DNA of 64,000 nucleotides from the human T2T-CHM13v2.0 reference genome, Homo sapiens, in NCBI RefSeq assembly GCF_009914755.1, contig NC_060944.1; one strand, given 5' to 3'. The number at the start of each line of letters is the position of its first letter. Within the stretch, counting starts at the first letter, position 1. Below, in pieces: positions 34,212 through 47,410 of this stretch. Position numbers and translations under genes: made by a program. The notes under the pieces were generated by a model. The model worked only from the letters and a program-made list of their open reading frames with translations, made no database searches and was not told the DNA's origin.

Positions 34212-36177
34212 TAACTTTAAGTTCAGTGGTGTGAGTGCAGTTTGTTGTCTGTATGACAAACCCCCATGACACAAGTTTACCTATGTAACAAATAGGTTAC
34301 ATAGGTAAACTTGTGTCATGGGGGTTTGTCATACAGATTATTTCATCACCCGGGTATTAAGCCTAGGCTTAATAAAATTGGTTATTTTTCCTGATCCTCT
34401 CCCTCCTTCCACTCTCCTCCTTCTGATAGGCCCCAGTGTGTGTTGTTCCCCTCTATGGGTCCATATGTTCTCATCATTTAGCTCTCACTTATAAGTGAGA
34501 ACATGCTGTATTTGGTTTTCTGTTCCTGTGTTAGTTTGCTAAGGATAATGGCCTTTAGCTCCGTCTATGTCCTTGTAAAGCATGTGATCATGTTGTTTAT
34601 TGTAGCTGCATAGTATTCCATGGCATATATATACTACATTTTCTTTATCTAGTCTATCACTGATGGCATTTAGGTTGATTCCATGTCTTTGCTATTATGA
34701 ATAGTGTTGCAATAAACAGACACGTGCATGTGTCTTTATAATAGAAAGATTTATATATTTTTGGGGTATATACCCAGTAATGGGATTGCTGGGTTGAATG
34801 GTAGTTCTGTCTTTAGGTCTTGGAGCAATCACAACCACAATGGTTGAAGTAATTAATACTCCCATCCTGGACGTATAAATTATACAGTGTATAAGCATTC
34901 CTTTTTCTCTACAACCACACTAGCATCTGTTATTTTGTGACTTTTTAATAATAGTCATTCTGACTGGTGTGGTATAGTATCTCATTGTGGTTTTGATTTG
35001 CATTTCTCTAGTGATCAGTGATGTAGAGCTTTTTTCATATGATTGTTGGCTGCATATATGTCTTCTTCTGAAAAGTCCTGTTCATTTCCTTTGCCCTCTT
35101 TGTAATGGGGTTGTTTACTTTTTCCTTGTAAATTTGTTTAAGTTCCTTAGAGATGCTGGATATTAGACCTTTGTCAGATGCATAGTTTGCAAAAATTTTC
35201 TTTCATTCTCTAGGTTGTCTGTTTACTTTTTTGATAGTTTCCTTTGCTGTGCAGGAGTTCTTTAGTTTAATTAGATCTCATTTGTCAATTTTTACTTTTG
35301 TTACAATTTGGCATCTTCGTCATGAAATCTTTGCTTGTGCCTGTGTCCTGAATTGTATTGCATATGTTTTCTTCCAGGGTTTTGTAGTTTTGGGTTTTGC
35401 ATTTAAGTCTTTAATCCATCTTGAGTTGAATTTGTATGTGGTGTAAGTAAGGGGTCTAGTTTCAATCTTCTGCATATGGCTAGCCAGTTATCCCAGCACC
35501 ATTTATTGAATAGGGAATTCTTTCCCCATTGCTTGTTTTTGTCAGGGTTGAAGATCAGGTAACTGTAGGTGTGTGGTCTTATTTCTGGTTTCTCTATTCT
35601 GTTGCATTGGTCAATGTGTCTGTTTTTGTGCCAGTACCATGCTGTTTTGGTTATTGTAGCCCTGTAGTATAGTTTGAAGTCAGGTAGTGTCATGCCCTCG
35701 GCTTTGTTCTTTTTGCTTAGGATTGCGTAGGCTATTTGGTTTTTTTTTTTGGTTCCATATGAATTTTAAAATAGTTTTTTTTCTAGTTCTGTGAAGAATG
35801 TCCATGGTAGTTTAATAGGAATAGCATTGAATCTACAAATTGCTTTGGGCAGTAGGGCCATTTTCACCATATTGATTCTTCCTATCCATGAGCATGGAAT
35901 ATTTTTCTATTTGTGTTCTCTTTGATTTCTTTGAGCAGTGGTTTGTAGTTCTCCTTGTAGAGATATTTCACCTTCCTAGTTAGCTGTACTCCTAGGTATT
36001 TTATACTTTTTGCAGCAATTGTGGATAGGATTGCATTCTTGATTTGGCTCTCAGCTTGACTGTTGTTGGTGTATAGGAATGCTAGTGATTGTTGCACACT
36101 GATTTTGTGTCCTGAGATTTGCTGAAGTTGTTTATAAGCTTAAGAAGCTTTTGGGCTGATACTATGGGTTTTCCTAG
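34212..36177 (-). mobile_element. 5'-truncated L1PA (L1PA13-like)
   Basis: Perfect 18-bp TSD aatatatctagttaattt (34194-34211, 36178-36195); ORF2 peptides 35403-35693 ([20 protein letters not shown]) and 35882-36097. Confidence 0.93.
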
Positions 36178-36195
36178 AATATATCTAGTTAATTT

Positions 36196-36365
36196 GTTTA
36201 CTTGTTGACTATTCATTGCATTTCACTAGGATATAAGCTTCATGAATATAGACATCTTGTATATCTATACCCCATACCTAGAACTGTAGGGTGCCTGAAA
36301 CATAGTAGATATGCCTGAAACTGTGTGTGTAGATGCTCAATAATGATTTGTTGAATCAATTCAAT
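36196..36365 (+). mobile_element. L2 3' end (continuation)
   Basis: gtgcctgaaacatagtagat...atgctcaataatgatttgttgaat. Confidence 0.7.
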
Positions 36366-36884
36366 GCATTGTAGTACAGGGAAGAATCTAGCATTTACCC
36401 CCTTTTTATGAGGGAGACCTCTTGAAATCATAACTTTAGTATCTAGAAATCAGAAAACCATCAATTAAAGTAGCTATGCTAATCTGGAAAAGAAGTGCTT
36501 CATTTTCTTAAAGTTTTTATATGTTCTGACGCACTCTCAGATATTAAAATGCCCTTCTTTCATGTTCCTTGGAAGGACTATCTACACCTAGGGAGAGCTA
36601 CGTTTCTCCTCAGTGTGTTCTTGGAAATCATAAAGGCAAACTTAATCCCAAATGTTGTGCATTTGCTCTAAGATCTAACATTAATTTAATTATGGATATG
36701 ACCAACAATTAATTCAAGGAGTATTTATTGAAAGTTCATTGTGTGTAATACACTGCTGGATGCTGAGGATGGAAAAATAGGTAATATGCCATTAAAGCAG
36801 AGTTATAACTATACATTTCATTAATCTTTAAGATAGTAAAAATATAAAATATAAAGTAAAATAATATAAAATGCAAAGGTCTGT

Positions 36885-37115
36885 AGTAGAGTAATTCAGA
36901 GGATCAAATTTAAGGTCAGAATTACTGAATGCAAATTTCAACTCAGCTACTTGCTAGCTTTAAGGGCTTAGATGAGCTAATCTTTTTAACTTTCAGTCAC
37001 CTCCTTTGTAAATGATAACAATAATATTACCTGCCACACAGGGCTTTTATGAAGATTAAATGAGAAAATGTATAAAAACCACTTAGCATACACATAGTAA
37101 GTGTGCAAAATACTA
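36885..37115 (+). mobile_element. MIR
   Basis: MIR core (ctttgtaaatgataacaataatattacctgccacacagggcttttatgaagattaaatgag). Confidence 0.8.
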
Positions 37116-37537
37116 CATTATATAAATATTAGAGTTTCAAATCTGCAGGTATTTTTTTTGAAACTTTTAAAAACTTCCTTACTTAGCTGGCTTGCTTTCA
37201 GAGTGTATCCCAATTTACTGGCAAGCCTAGTACATAGGCATGTGCTATCTTCTTACCAGCCTTTCTTCCCCAGGTGTATAGCTCTATCCCTGGCCTTTTT
37301 GATGCCCAACCCAGCTAGCTTCTGACAGATGTTTTCAATACTGACTGCTTTCCTGAATTTCCATAGTGTGTATTTATAATACACATATACCTAGGTTCTA
37401 TAGAGAATAAAATGTGCCTTGAAGGCATTCCCTAGTGAACACAAATAAAATTAGTTGTTACCAGATTAACACAACTTCTATCTTTGCCTATCATATCAAT
37501 GTTTTTGCCATTTACTTGGTGGTTAAGGAATGTGGTA

Positions 37538-38385
37538 CTTCTCAAAAGAAGACATACATGTGGCCAAAAAAATAGATGAAAAAATGCTCAACATCACTAA
37601 TAATTAGAGAAATGCAAATCAAAACCACATTGATATACCATCTCACACCAGTCAGAATGGCTATTACTAAAAAGAAAAAAACAGATATTGGCAAAAATGC
37701 AGAGAAGAGGGAACACTTATATACTGTTGATGAGAATGTAAATTTGTTCAGCCATTGTGGAGAGCGGTTTGGTGATTTCTCAAAGAACTTAGAACTACCT
37801 TTTGACCCAGCAATCCCATTACTGGGTATATACCCAAACGAAACTAAATCATTCTGCCAAAAAAAGGCATTCACTCATATGTTCATTGCAGCACTATTAC
37901 AATAGCAAAGACATGGAATCAACCTAGATGCCCATCAACAGTGGACTGGATAAAGAAAATATGTTACATATACACCTTGGAATGCTACGCAGCTATAGAA
38001 AAGAACAAGATCATGTCCTTTGGAGCCACATGGATGCAGCTAGAAGCCATTTTCCTGAGTGAACTAACACAGAAATAGAAAACAAAATACCACATGTTCT
38101 AATTTATAAGTAGGTGCTAAACATTATGTACACATGGACATAAAGATAGGAGCAGTAGACACAGGGCACTGGGGACTATTTGAGGGCGGAGATGGGAAGG
38201 GAGGCAAGCATTGAAAAACTACCGGAAGGGTACTGTGTTTACCACCTGGGTGACAGGGTCATTCTTATACTAAGCCTCAGCAGCGTACAATTTACCCATG
38301 TAACAAACCTGCGCGTGTACCCCGAACCTAAACTAAAAGTTGAGAAAGAATGCAAAAGTTTAAAAAAGGAAAAAAAAAAAAAAAA
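37538..38385 (+). mobile_element. L1PB/L1PA16-type 3' fragment with poly(A)
   Basis: ORF 37576-37905 is the ORF2 C-terminus; TSD aag(g/a)aatgtggta. Confidence 0.92.
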
Positions 38386-39348
38386 AAGAAATGTGGTAGA
38401 TGTGTTCATACTTTTTAGTTGACTATTCCAGACCTGAAAGAATACAATGTAAATTGACCATAAAAAATAGAAAATTTTGAGAAAGAGACAGATTTTGTGA
38501 CATTGGTGTAAATGACATTGGAGAATCTATTGAATCCCAGTAAAACCACTGATACGTGAGGATTTGACAGTTTACAATTGAAGCAGAAAAATTATCAAGG
38601 GTAATAATATAATGATGCTTCAAAAGGAACTGATTGGAAGAACAAAGGATTAAGAGAAACTATTTGGAAACCAGATAAACCCTTGAATATACCTGTTAGA
38701 AGATATCTGTTACAGTCTTCTAGGTGTTAAATGTGAATTGACAGATACTATATCAGACTATCATGAAGTAATTTCAGAAAAATCAACAAAGGACATATAA
38801 CTGGTTTATTCTTTGATCTAAAAGTTAGTCCAGAGTTATAATTACAACTAAAATTTTGTTAAATATGACATAAAGCAGCTTACTTTTATATTTCTCCAAG
38901 TTCCTTTTCAAGATGAAATCGTTAATAAGTGGATCAAGTTAACTTTGTAAGGACCAATTAGTCTTAGCCAAAGTAGTATCTCTGTACTACTGGTTCCTTA
39001 TTTGCCTGTGCTCAGCCTATCTGTTGGGATACTTCACTTAGGATTGCTTTGAATCTGAGGTCTGTATTAAGCCCAATGTCTATTAACTATTTTTTTGTAT
39101 CCCATGATCCACTGGTCTGTACTAAGCTGGACTTTAACTGGTCTGTACTCAAATTGTGATATTAATACAAAGGATTGAGGAGGTTCAGATTCAGACTTTG
39201 ATACTCAGCACAAAGGTAAGATGGAAGTAATGAGATTCAAGTGACTGAATTTGGTAGTTCATCCTATAGAATATGATTGAAAGGTAGAGTAAAACCAGAT
39301 TATGAAAAACTTTGTCAATCTAAAGGGTATATGCTTTAACCTACAGGT

Positions 39349-39529
39349 TAGAGTTTCTCAAATTGTGGTCCACAGACCACTTGCATTGAAATCACTTGTG
39401 ATATATGTTAAAAATTCAAATTTCTGATCCCCATCTATGAATCAGAATTCTGGGGCTAAATCCTAGGAATATCCAGTTTTGAGATATCTTTATGTACCTC
39501 TTACGTACATTATAGTTTTAGAGTTATTG
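39349..39529 (+). mobile_element. MER5A-like hAT-Charlie MITE
   Basis: ttctcaaattgtggtccacagaccac...gaatcagaattctgggg. Confidence 0.7.
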
Positions 39530-40360
39530 TTAAACCTAAGTAGTTTGATAAATTTTCCCCTGCATTTTATTTTTTAAGTGTTGATGATGGTGTAACTTTT
39601 GTCACAAAAAAACTTAGAAGCGATGCCATATTTACCTGGAATTTTAGCTTCATTAATTGTTTCTTTAGATAATATTCCAAAGCTTATTCTAAAGATAAAT
39701 ATGTTTTATATGATAATTCTGTATATGAAATAGTTTAAAGAGAGCATTAGCACTTAATTCCATGCTTTCAGGATTTTCTTATAAAAACAAATTTTCTTTG
39801 AAAGTGATATCTAAATTTTTTCAGTTTCCCCACATGGAAACTCCTGCTGTTATGCAACACTGAAATAACAACATTGTTTTCACCCATTAAGATACCGCTG
39901 CAAGATATTGTGAATTGGCTCATTTGCCTTAAATTTTTTTTAACAAATAAGGCAGTGTTTTGAGTTATGCCAGATGTACAAATGAGAGATTTGAGTGTAC
40001 TTGTAGAATTTAAATTGGAATGCTAATGAGATTCTGACAGGCAGAAAAAACAACACAGCCTACATTTTCATCTGTTTTATTAAAGTCATTATTTAACTGG
40101 AAAAACACATTATTTAGAGCTATTTATTTATGTGGCATTTGTAATTCAGCTCTTAAATTTTATCCAATTAAAGTGCTTCTCATTCTATTTCACTTAATGC
40201 AGTAGATTGTTTTGTGCATTCATCTTTTTCTCTGTTTCATTCAGTGGTAGAGTGGCAGTAACTCAATTGAATGAATGAATGTGCCTTTTTTTTAACTAAT
40301 GCTTACATGTGCTGCTTCATGCTGTGATGCTACATTGACATCTTTATTTTTTGTTTGCAG

Positions 40361-40381
40361 TAATTCCATTGAAATTTAATG
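40361..40381 (+). other. Candidate 21-nt microexon / regulated 3' splice site
   Basis: 100-nt AG-free zone (40259-40358), tctttattttttgtttgcag acceptor, weak donor ATG|GTACAT. Confidence 0.3.
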
Positions 40382-41294
40382 GTACATTATTATACAAGAT
40401 TGCTTATGGTTATTTCATGCTTTGGTTACTTTACTAAAATTCCCAATATGTGAAAGAAAAACATAATGTTAAAAAAACTCCACATTTCTGAGAAGATAAA
40501 TTGATCTTAGAGATAATTGAACATAAGACACCAAGCCTTAAAAGTACTTATTTCAACAAAGATATACAATGCCATACCAAAAATATTGCTTTTTCAAAAG
40601 ACTTTTATTTATTATTTATTTGCATTTTTCCATTTGTATAGTTATTTTAAAGAAAGGCTTTTTGTGAATGTTTGAGATTGCTTAATTACAGCAGCTTTTT
40701 GGTTTCCTTTATTTATATTTATCTATCTACCTCTCAGATGAGGTTTAAATTAGAGTTTTTAAGGTTATAGGGGTTTAAAATTTTATGTACATGTACAAAA
40801 TCTGTACTAGAGGAAGAAATACTAGTGCATAATTTCAAGGGATAGCGTGAGGCTGGCTGAGGTCAGACCCATGATGGAATGCAGAAATTATGAGAGGGTA
40901 TAGAAGACAATGTGTTTCCTTGAAAAGGCAACTTCTGTGAAGAGAGTGAAATATGTGAGTCCAGAATTGTACAGATGTCATCATGAATGTCAGATCTCTC
41001 AACTGTATTCTATAGTGGGTTTAGGATTCTTATATTGTAAGAAGGCTTTATATATTTTAAACAGCCTGATGGTATTCTTATGAAAATCTAAGGTAAAAGA
41101 AGCTCATTGGCATAGAAACTATTTCAGTTAATGTTCAATGAATAAAATCTCTGTATTAACTGGAAATTGAACATGTGACTGTTGGTTTCCTGACATTTAC
41201 ATAAAGCTTCACTCAAGAGGGCGCCATTAAGCAGCATTAAGGAATTTCATACACAACTGTATATCTCTAAAACTTCCATAAGAGGTAGGCTCTT

Positions 41295-41480
41295 GAGGTG
41301 ACAAAAAGGACAGCAAACTAGGAATCAAGAAACTGAGTTCTGGTTCAGACTCTGGCACTCATGAACTCTGTGGACCTGGATATGCCACTTTACTTCTTTA
41401 GGCTCTAATTCTTCATCTGCAAAATGAAAAGTTTGGTGATGGTTTCTAAGAGTACTACTAACTCTGTAACTCTGTGATTT
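41295..41480 (+). mobile_element. MIR
   Basis: ggaatcaagaaactgagttctgg...ttcttcatctgcaaaatg. Confidence 0.75.
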
Positions 41481-41738
41481 TACAGTTCTTTTATTTACCA
41501 ATGAGAAGCCCAGACACAACATTTAAATGATAGATTTTATCACATCTCTATGCCTTCTTAATATGGTGTCCAGAATTATTTTTGAAGATACAGTATTTAG
41601 GCTGAATTTCCTAATTAGTGTTTAGAATACTTACAGAAAATAGCTTTTGTAGGTATAGCTAACTTTTGATTATCCATGCTAACATGGGATAACATGTGTA
41701 ATTGAAATGTGTATGAAGTCTTCACTCCTCATTTTCTC

Positions 41739-41777
41739 TTCAAATTTGTCTCCTTTTGGTAAGGAGACAAATTTGAA
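41739..41777. repeat. Perfect 17-bp inverted repeat, 5-nt loop
   Basis: ttcaaatttgtctcctt-ttggt-aaggagacaaatttgaa. Confidence 0.95.
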
Positions 41778-41840
41778 TAAAGTTGCTGAAAAATATGGGT
41801 TTGAGTTTCATTTTCAGCCTGGGCAGAAAACTGCCTTTAG

Positions 41841-42231
<391 letters not shown>

Positions 42232-42663
42232 ATAGGATTCATTATTAAACCATAGGAATGAGCCTCATTTTATCCTGGTTGGTTTTTTAAATCTCAGAGG
42301 CACTTTACATTCGTGTGCATACTGTCCACATCTACTTTACATCTTGTGTACGTATTGCTTCATATATGTGCCTCAGGCTCTTGTGCCTCCATACCTTTAC
42401 TTGTGTTCTTCCTGCCATATTTTTTACTCCTGTTGCCCTCAGACACAGAAGCTCTACTCATCTTATAAAGCCCAGCTCCTCAGTCCTTGATATTTTCCCT
42501 AAGCATGTGAGCCTTATTATCCAACAGATTGATTCCAGATTCTAGTGTTAAAATTCACTAGCTCTCTGATCCTGAGAAAATTACCACAGTCTGACCATCT
42601 GCAAAATGCAAACAATTCCCAAATCTCAGGATCGTTTTTAATTTTAAATGGTATATAATCCGG

Positions 42664-43275
42664 TCATTCAATAAATATTTAAGTAGTGATATCACCTATC
42701 TGTAGAACAAAATAGACCAAAAACTCTGCCCTCACAGAACCTATACCCTCGTGGAGATAGGTAAATACATAAAAACAAAATATATATTTTGAGAAATAGA
42801 GAAGGGTAGAGGAGAGGGAGAGTAGAGAATGCAGAAAGTGGAGAAACTATTTTAAAATAGGATGGTCTGAAAAGGACTTCCTGAGAAGATGGCACTTGAG
42901 CAGGGACCTGGAAGAGCCAGGGAATATTTGAAGGAAGAGTATTCCAGGCAGAGGGAACTGCAAGTACAAAGTCTCTGAGGTGTGTGTATGCTTGGCATGT
43001 GCCAAAACAGAAAAGAGGTCAATTGGCTCATGCAGAGAGAGATGAGGCAGAAAGAACAAGCCAGATCATATAGGGTCTTTTAGGTCAATTTTAGTGAGGA
43101 CTTTGCCCTGAATGAGATGAGGAGCCATCAGAGGGTTTTTGAAGAGATAAGTCACTTGATCTGACTTACCTTTTTAAAATACTGTGTGGCTTCTGTATAG
43201 TTTGTGGGGGAGGGGGAGGGGGAGGGGCAAAGTAAATATTGATTAAGCTATTGGTTGTAATATACCAGGTGAGAG
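42664..43275 (-). mobile_element. L2 (L2a-like)
   Basis: tcattcaataaatattt tail; gaagagtattccaggcagagggaactgcaagtacaaag. Confidence 0.85.
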
Positions 43276-44044
43276 CTACACATCACTACAGAGTCTTTCA
43301 GAGGATCTAGACACTAGTAGGCATTCTATAAATGTTAGTGCCTTCATTCTCACTTTCTCTTCTTCATATTCCTAGTTGGAAGTTTTCTCTTCTTCTTTGG
43401 GATTATCTATTATGACGCATACCATTTTAGAACTAGAGTTATCTGTGTATTTTTTTTTGTTTCTCCTACTAACCTAAACATTTCTTGAGGATACCTTCTT
43501 GAGGCTCAGTTTTATCTGTCTTTATAAATGGATCCTATCCCAGCTCAGGATAGGGTTATATAAGTAGCAGGTTGAGAGTGTGTTTGGGACCTGATGAACA
43601 GCAACATCCAAGAGGAGAAGGTTAGCAAGTGTGGGAGGATAGGGAAGTAACACTTCAGGAGACACACGGGAGGTGTATCTTAGGATATATTAGCAAGGAA
43701 TAGTGGGATACTTTAAGTAAGATAGATGTGGGAAGAGGCACTGGTCCTACACTACATGTGGGAGATGCCAGGACAGATCTAGTTAGGCATGCTGTTTAGG
43801 GACTTTGGCCATCTTCATTTGTGATTCATGAAGATGTGTAGCTGGGGTCTGAGGTGACATAGTGAAGTGCCCAAACAGGTGGATAATGCAGGCAAAGGAG
43901 TCTCCCCACAAGGGCCACTTGGGAGTATAGATAAACTGCTCGTTGATCTCTGGGCCATCTGTTTATGCGTAGTAATTTCATAGCCTTCACAGGGGGATTG
44001 AGGTAGATTTGGCAAATTACTGGACTGGGAACTTGTGATGGTGC

Positions 44045-44628
44045 TGTACCCTTTAGGATTTTTGCTTCTGCAAGTGGCAGATTACCCAACTCAAAGGAGC
44101 TGAAGAAAAAATGATCCTTGGTGGCTCATCTGACTGAACAATTCATAGGGAGTTATTGTCAAACAGTTTAACTTGATCCAGCTGCACAAATAATGTCACT
44201 AAGGGCCTGGATTCTTTGTAATTCTCTCTGCTTTGCCTTTGCCTAGGAGCATCCTCATCTAAATAGGGGGCTCCTGGCACCTTCAGCCTGACATGTTACA
44301 AATATCTTATCTTCAATACAATCTTATCTGGTAGAAGAAAGCCTTTTTGGCCATCACACAGAAACTCTGGACTTCAGTCTAATTGAACCATCTTAAAGTG
44401 TGTACCCATTCTTAACCATTCATTTCTAGTGAGCTAGGATTACATTGATGAACACAGGCTTCAGCCTCTTGCCTAATCCACAGAGCCAGGGATAGAAGAA
44501 GTTACCCCAAAATATGTGGGCTTTGTATTGTGGATGTATAAACCTAACTGAAAATTAGCTGCTTTTATTAAGCACTATATGAAATGGGATGTGGATTTGG
44601 GCCCAGCAAAACAGTAGATGTCCACTAT
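44045..44628. mobile_element. Old MLT1 (MaLR) LTR
   Basis: gcaagtggcagattacccaactcaaa...ggctcatctgactgaa; subfamily uncertain. Confidence 0.55.
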
Positions 44629-44634
44629 GGGTAT

Positions 44635-45108
44635 TATATTATCAGGGCCCCAGAAGGAAACACAGTTCAGCTTAGATAGCTCAAAAGAAGAGACTTTAAT
44701 GAAGGGACTACTTACAAAGGAATGGGCAGGGTTAAGGGCACAAAACAATGGCTGGTGAGCCTCCTAGAGACCAGTATCAGTAGGAAGGTATTACCAACCC
44801 TAGGACCTAGGGATCAATGGGAAGAAGTAGTGTTGCCCGGGTCAAGTAAGAACTTGAGTCCTGCAGGAGGAGCTAGAGCTGTAGCTGCGGAGTGCAGCTA
44901 TAGTCAGAGATGAAACATTGATTGAAGCAGGGTGGGAAAGAGAAAAAAATACCCTGACCCTTTTCTCTTTTCAACTCCTAATCGCCTGCTGTAGTGCCCA
45001 TTGGCTCAACTGGAACGAGGCAGAAATCTCTAGGGGTCAGCCTCCTGAGACACATAGTGGAGCAGAATATGGATCTTAGTTGAGGCCAAATGGAAAATAA
45101 TGAGCACA
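44635..45108 (-). mobile_element. Old ERVL-type LTR (LTR16-like)
   Basis: agactttaatgaagggactacttacaaagg...gggcagggttaaggg; subfamily uncertain. Confidence 0.5.
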
Positions 45109-46585
45109 GAAAACAAATTAGAGTCTCAGTCTTATAATAGGGAAATATATTGGGAAGGAAGATAGGGATGAAAATTTAGGGGACAGAATTTTATTGGAAG
45201 AAGGTCCAATTGAAGGAGTGCTAACCTTTCACACAGCGCAGATTAAGAGAGTTAAATTGTTAAAGGGGTTCTGAGCTCCAGGTCAGTCTACTGGAGGGAC
45301 TGATTTGGTTGTAACTCCTCCTTGTGGTGGGGAATAGGTACCTACTCACTCTTAATGCTCCATATCAGAATTTGCCTGGGAACTGGAATGTGGCTGCTCC
45401 TGAAGACATGGATCTCAGAAGGTCTGTGGGTGGGTAAGTGGCTTATGACGGGAACAGAACAAATGATACATTGTTGTGTATCAAGGCAGAAACCATTACT
45501 ACAACATGTAGCTGCCCTGAGTTCAGTTGCTTTTGTTTATGTTCCTGCCCAGCCAAGATTGGGATCACTTCCTGCTGAGACCTGACTTGAAAATGATGGG
45601 CAAATCTTGGCCCAAATAGCTAACTAGAAGTGAATGAGGGTAGCCCTACCAGTCTTCATCTAGAAGCCATGCTATAGGGATAGGGGATAATTGCTTTCAC
45701 CAGCTGCTGAGACAAATTCATAAGTGACACTGTGGCGAGGGGTCAAAAACAACCCAGGATAAAGCAGGAAGCTCAAATTGTGGCTAACAGTGAGGAGGCA
45801 CACAAATAACACAGCTCTAACTCCACTGAAGACAGGGTAAGTGACAGCTTCCCCTGAGTCAGATGGAGCGGGGATAAGTGTGCCTTGATGCGAAGTGGGA
45901 AACCAGAGGAGGACCTGACTGAGCAATAAAACTCTTGGCTGAGACTAAAATGATTTCAAAGCAGAACAAGGGTGGGACTGTTTGGTAGTGGAAAAGAAAG
46001 CTTGGTTTGATGCCTAGAGAGAGAATTACATGATATGAAGAAAGGTCATTATTTATTACCTAATCAAGCAGTGTAAACATACCAACAAGCTTGAGACAGT
46101 CTTTATCTAGCATTATTAGATGTGCAATTCAGGTGAGAGAATATTACCAAATCTAACCTGCTTATCAACACTTGTGTAATGAGAACATAAAAGTGAATGA
46201 AAATGTATCTAGTCTGCAATGAAGTGGTAATATAAGAGACTCAGAAGATCCTTTTTTCCTACTTTGTGGGATTGAGCCTAAATTTAACTTGAATTATTTT
46301 TAGAAGGGACTTCTTATTTAGCCTTTTTAAAAGAAGAATTTATCTATTAATAGGAAATATGCATTTTATTATTAAAATGAGTTTTATTTTGGAGTAGTTG
46401 GGAAATGTGGAAAGGAGAAACCAGTTGCAAAAAGGGATATAAAAAGAAAGTTGTCAAAAATGTTTAAAGATAGAGTATAGCACACCAAACCCCACAGCCA
46501 TCTGCCCAGGAAACTCTCCTTGTTGCCTTGTTTTCTCTTTCATTTGTGTGGGCTGTTCTCTGCTTAGGTGCTTGGAATGTCCCTC

Positions 46586-47410
46586 TGATACAGAAATGGG
46601 GAAGGGAAGTGCTGGGAAGGGAAGGGCATGGTCCCTTTCAATGATACGGAAGGGGAGAAGGGTGTGGTCCCTGGCTAGGGCTCCGCCTCCAGGCCTGTGC
46701 CCACAGGTCTAGTTGAGGACAGGCATTTTTGTTTTCCTGCCCAAAACATTTCCTAAGACCACCTTGGTCTGCCACGCCCGCATCCTGTGCCTATAAAAAC
46801 CCCCGAGACCCTAGCAGGCAGACACACACACACAAGCGACTGGACATCAAGAAGAACACATCAGAAGAAGACAGAAGTGGCTGGACATTGAGAGGACATT
46901 GAGGGGAGCACGCCGGATGCTAGCAGGCTGCCGACTGGCAGAGCATGCGAAGTTTGGCTGGGGCAGTTGAGGGAGAGCCCAGGCTGCCAAGCAGCTCGAC
47001 TCTAGGGGAAAACCAATCTCCTTTCTGGCTCCCCCATCTGCTGAGAGCTACTTCCACTCAATAAAACCTTGCACTCATTCTTCAAGCCCAGGTGTGATCC
47101 GATTCTTCCAGGACACCAAGGCCAGAACCTCGGGATACAGAAAGCCCTCTGTCCCTACGATAAGGCAGGGGTCTAATTGAGCTAACACAAGACACCTACA
47201 GACAGCTAAACTAAAAGAGCACCGTGTAACACACACCCACTGGGGCTTCAGCTGTAAACATTCACCCCTAGACACTGCTGGGGGTCGGATCCCCACAGCC
47301 TGCCCGTCTGTATGCTCCCCTAGAGGTTTGAGCAGTGGGGCACTGAAGAAATGAGCCACACCCCCATCACACTGCCCTGTGAGGGGGACAAGGGAGTTTT
47401 TCCTGTTTCA
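46586..47410 (+). mobile_element. ERV1 solo LTR (MER50-like)
   Basis: TG...CA termini, 4-bp TSD cctc, TATAAAAA at 46792, AATAAA at 47060. Confidence 0.88.

Noticed and set aside
38420-39160. Possible CR1/L3 remnant
   Set aside because: Resemblance too faint to call without an HMM search.
45704-45836. Exon-like unit ending AGG|GTAAGT
   Set aside because: Short polypyrimidine tract and stops in all frames.
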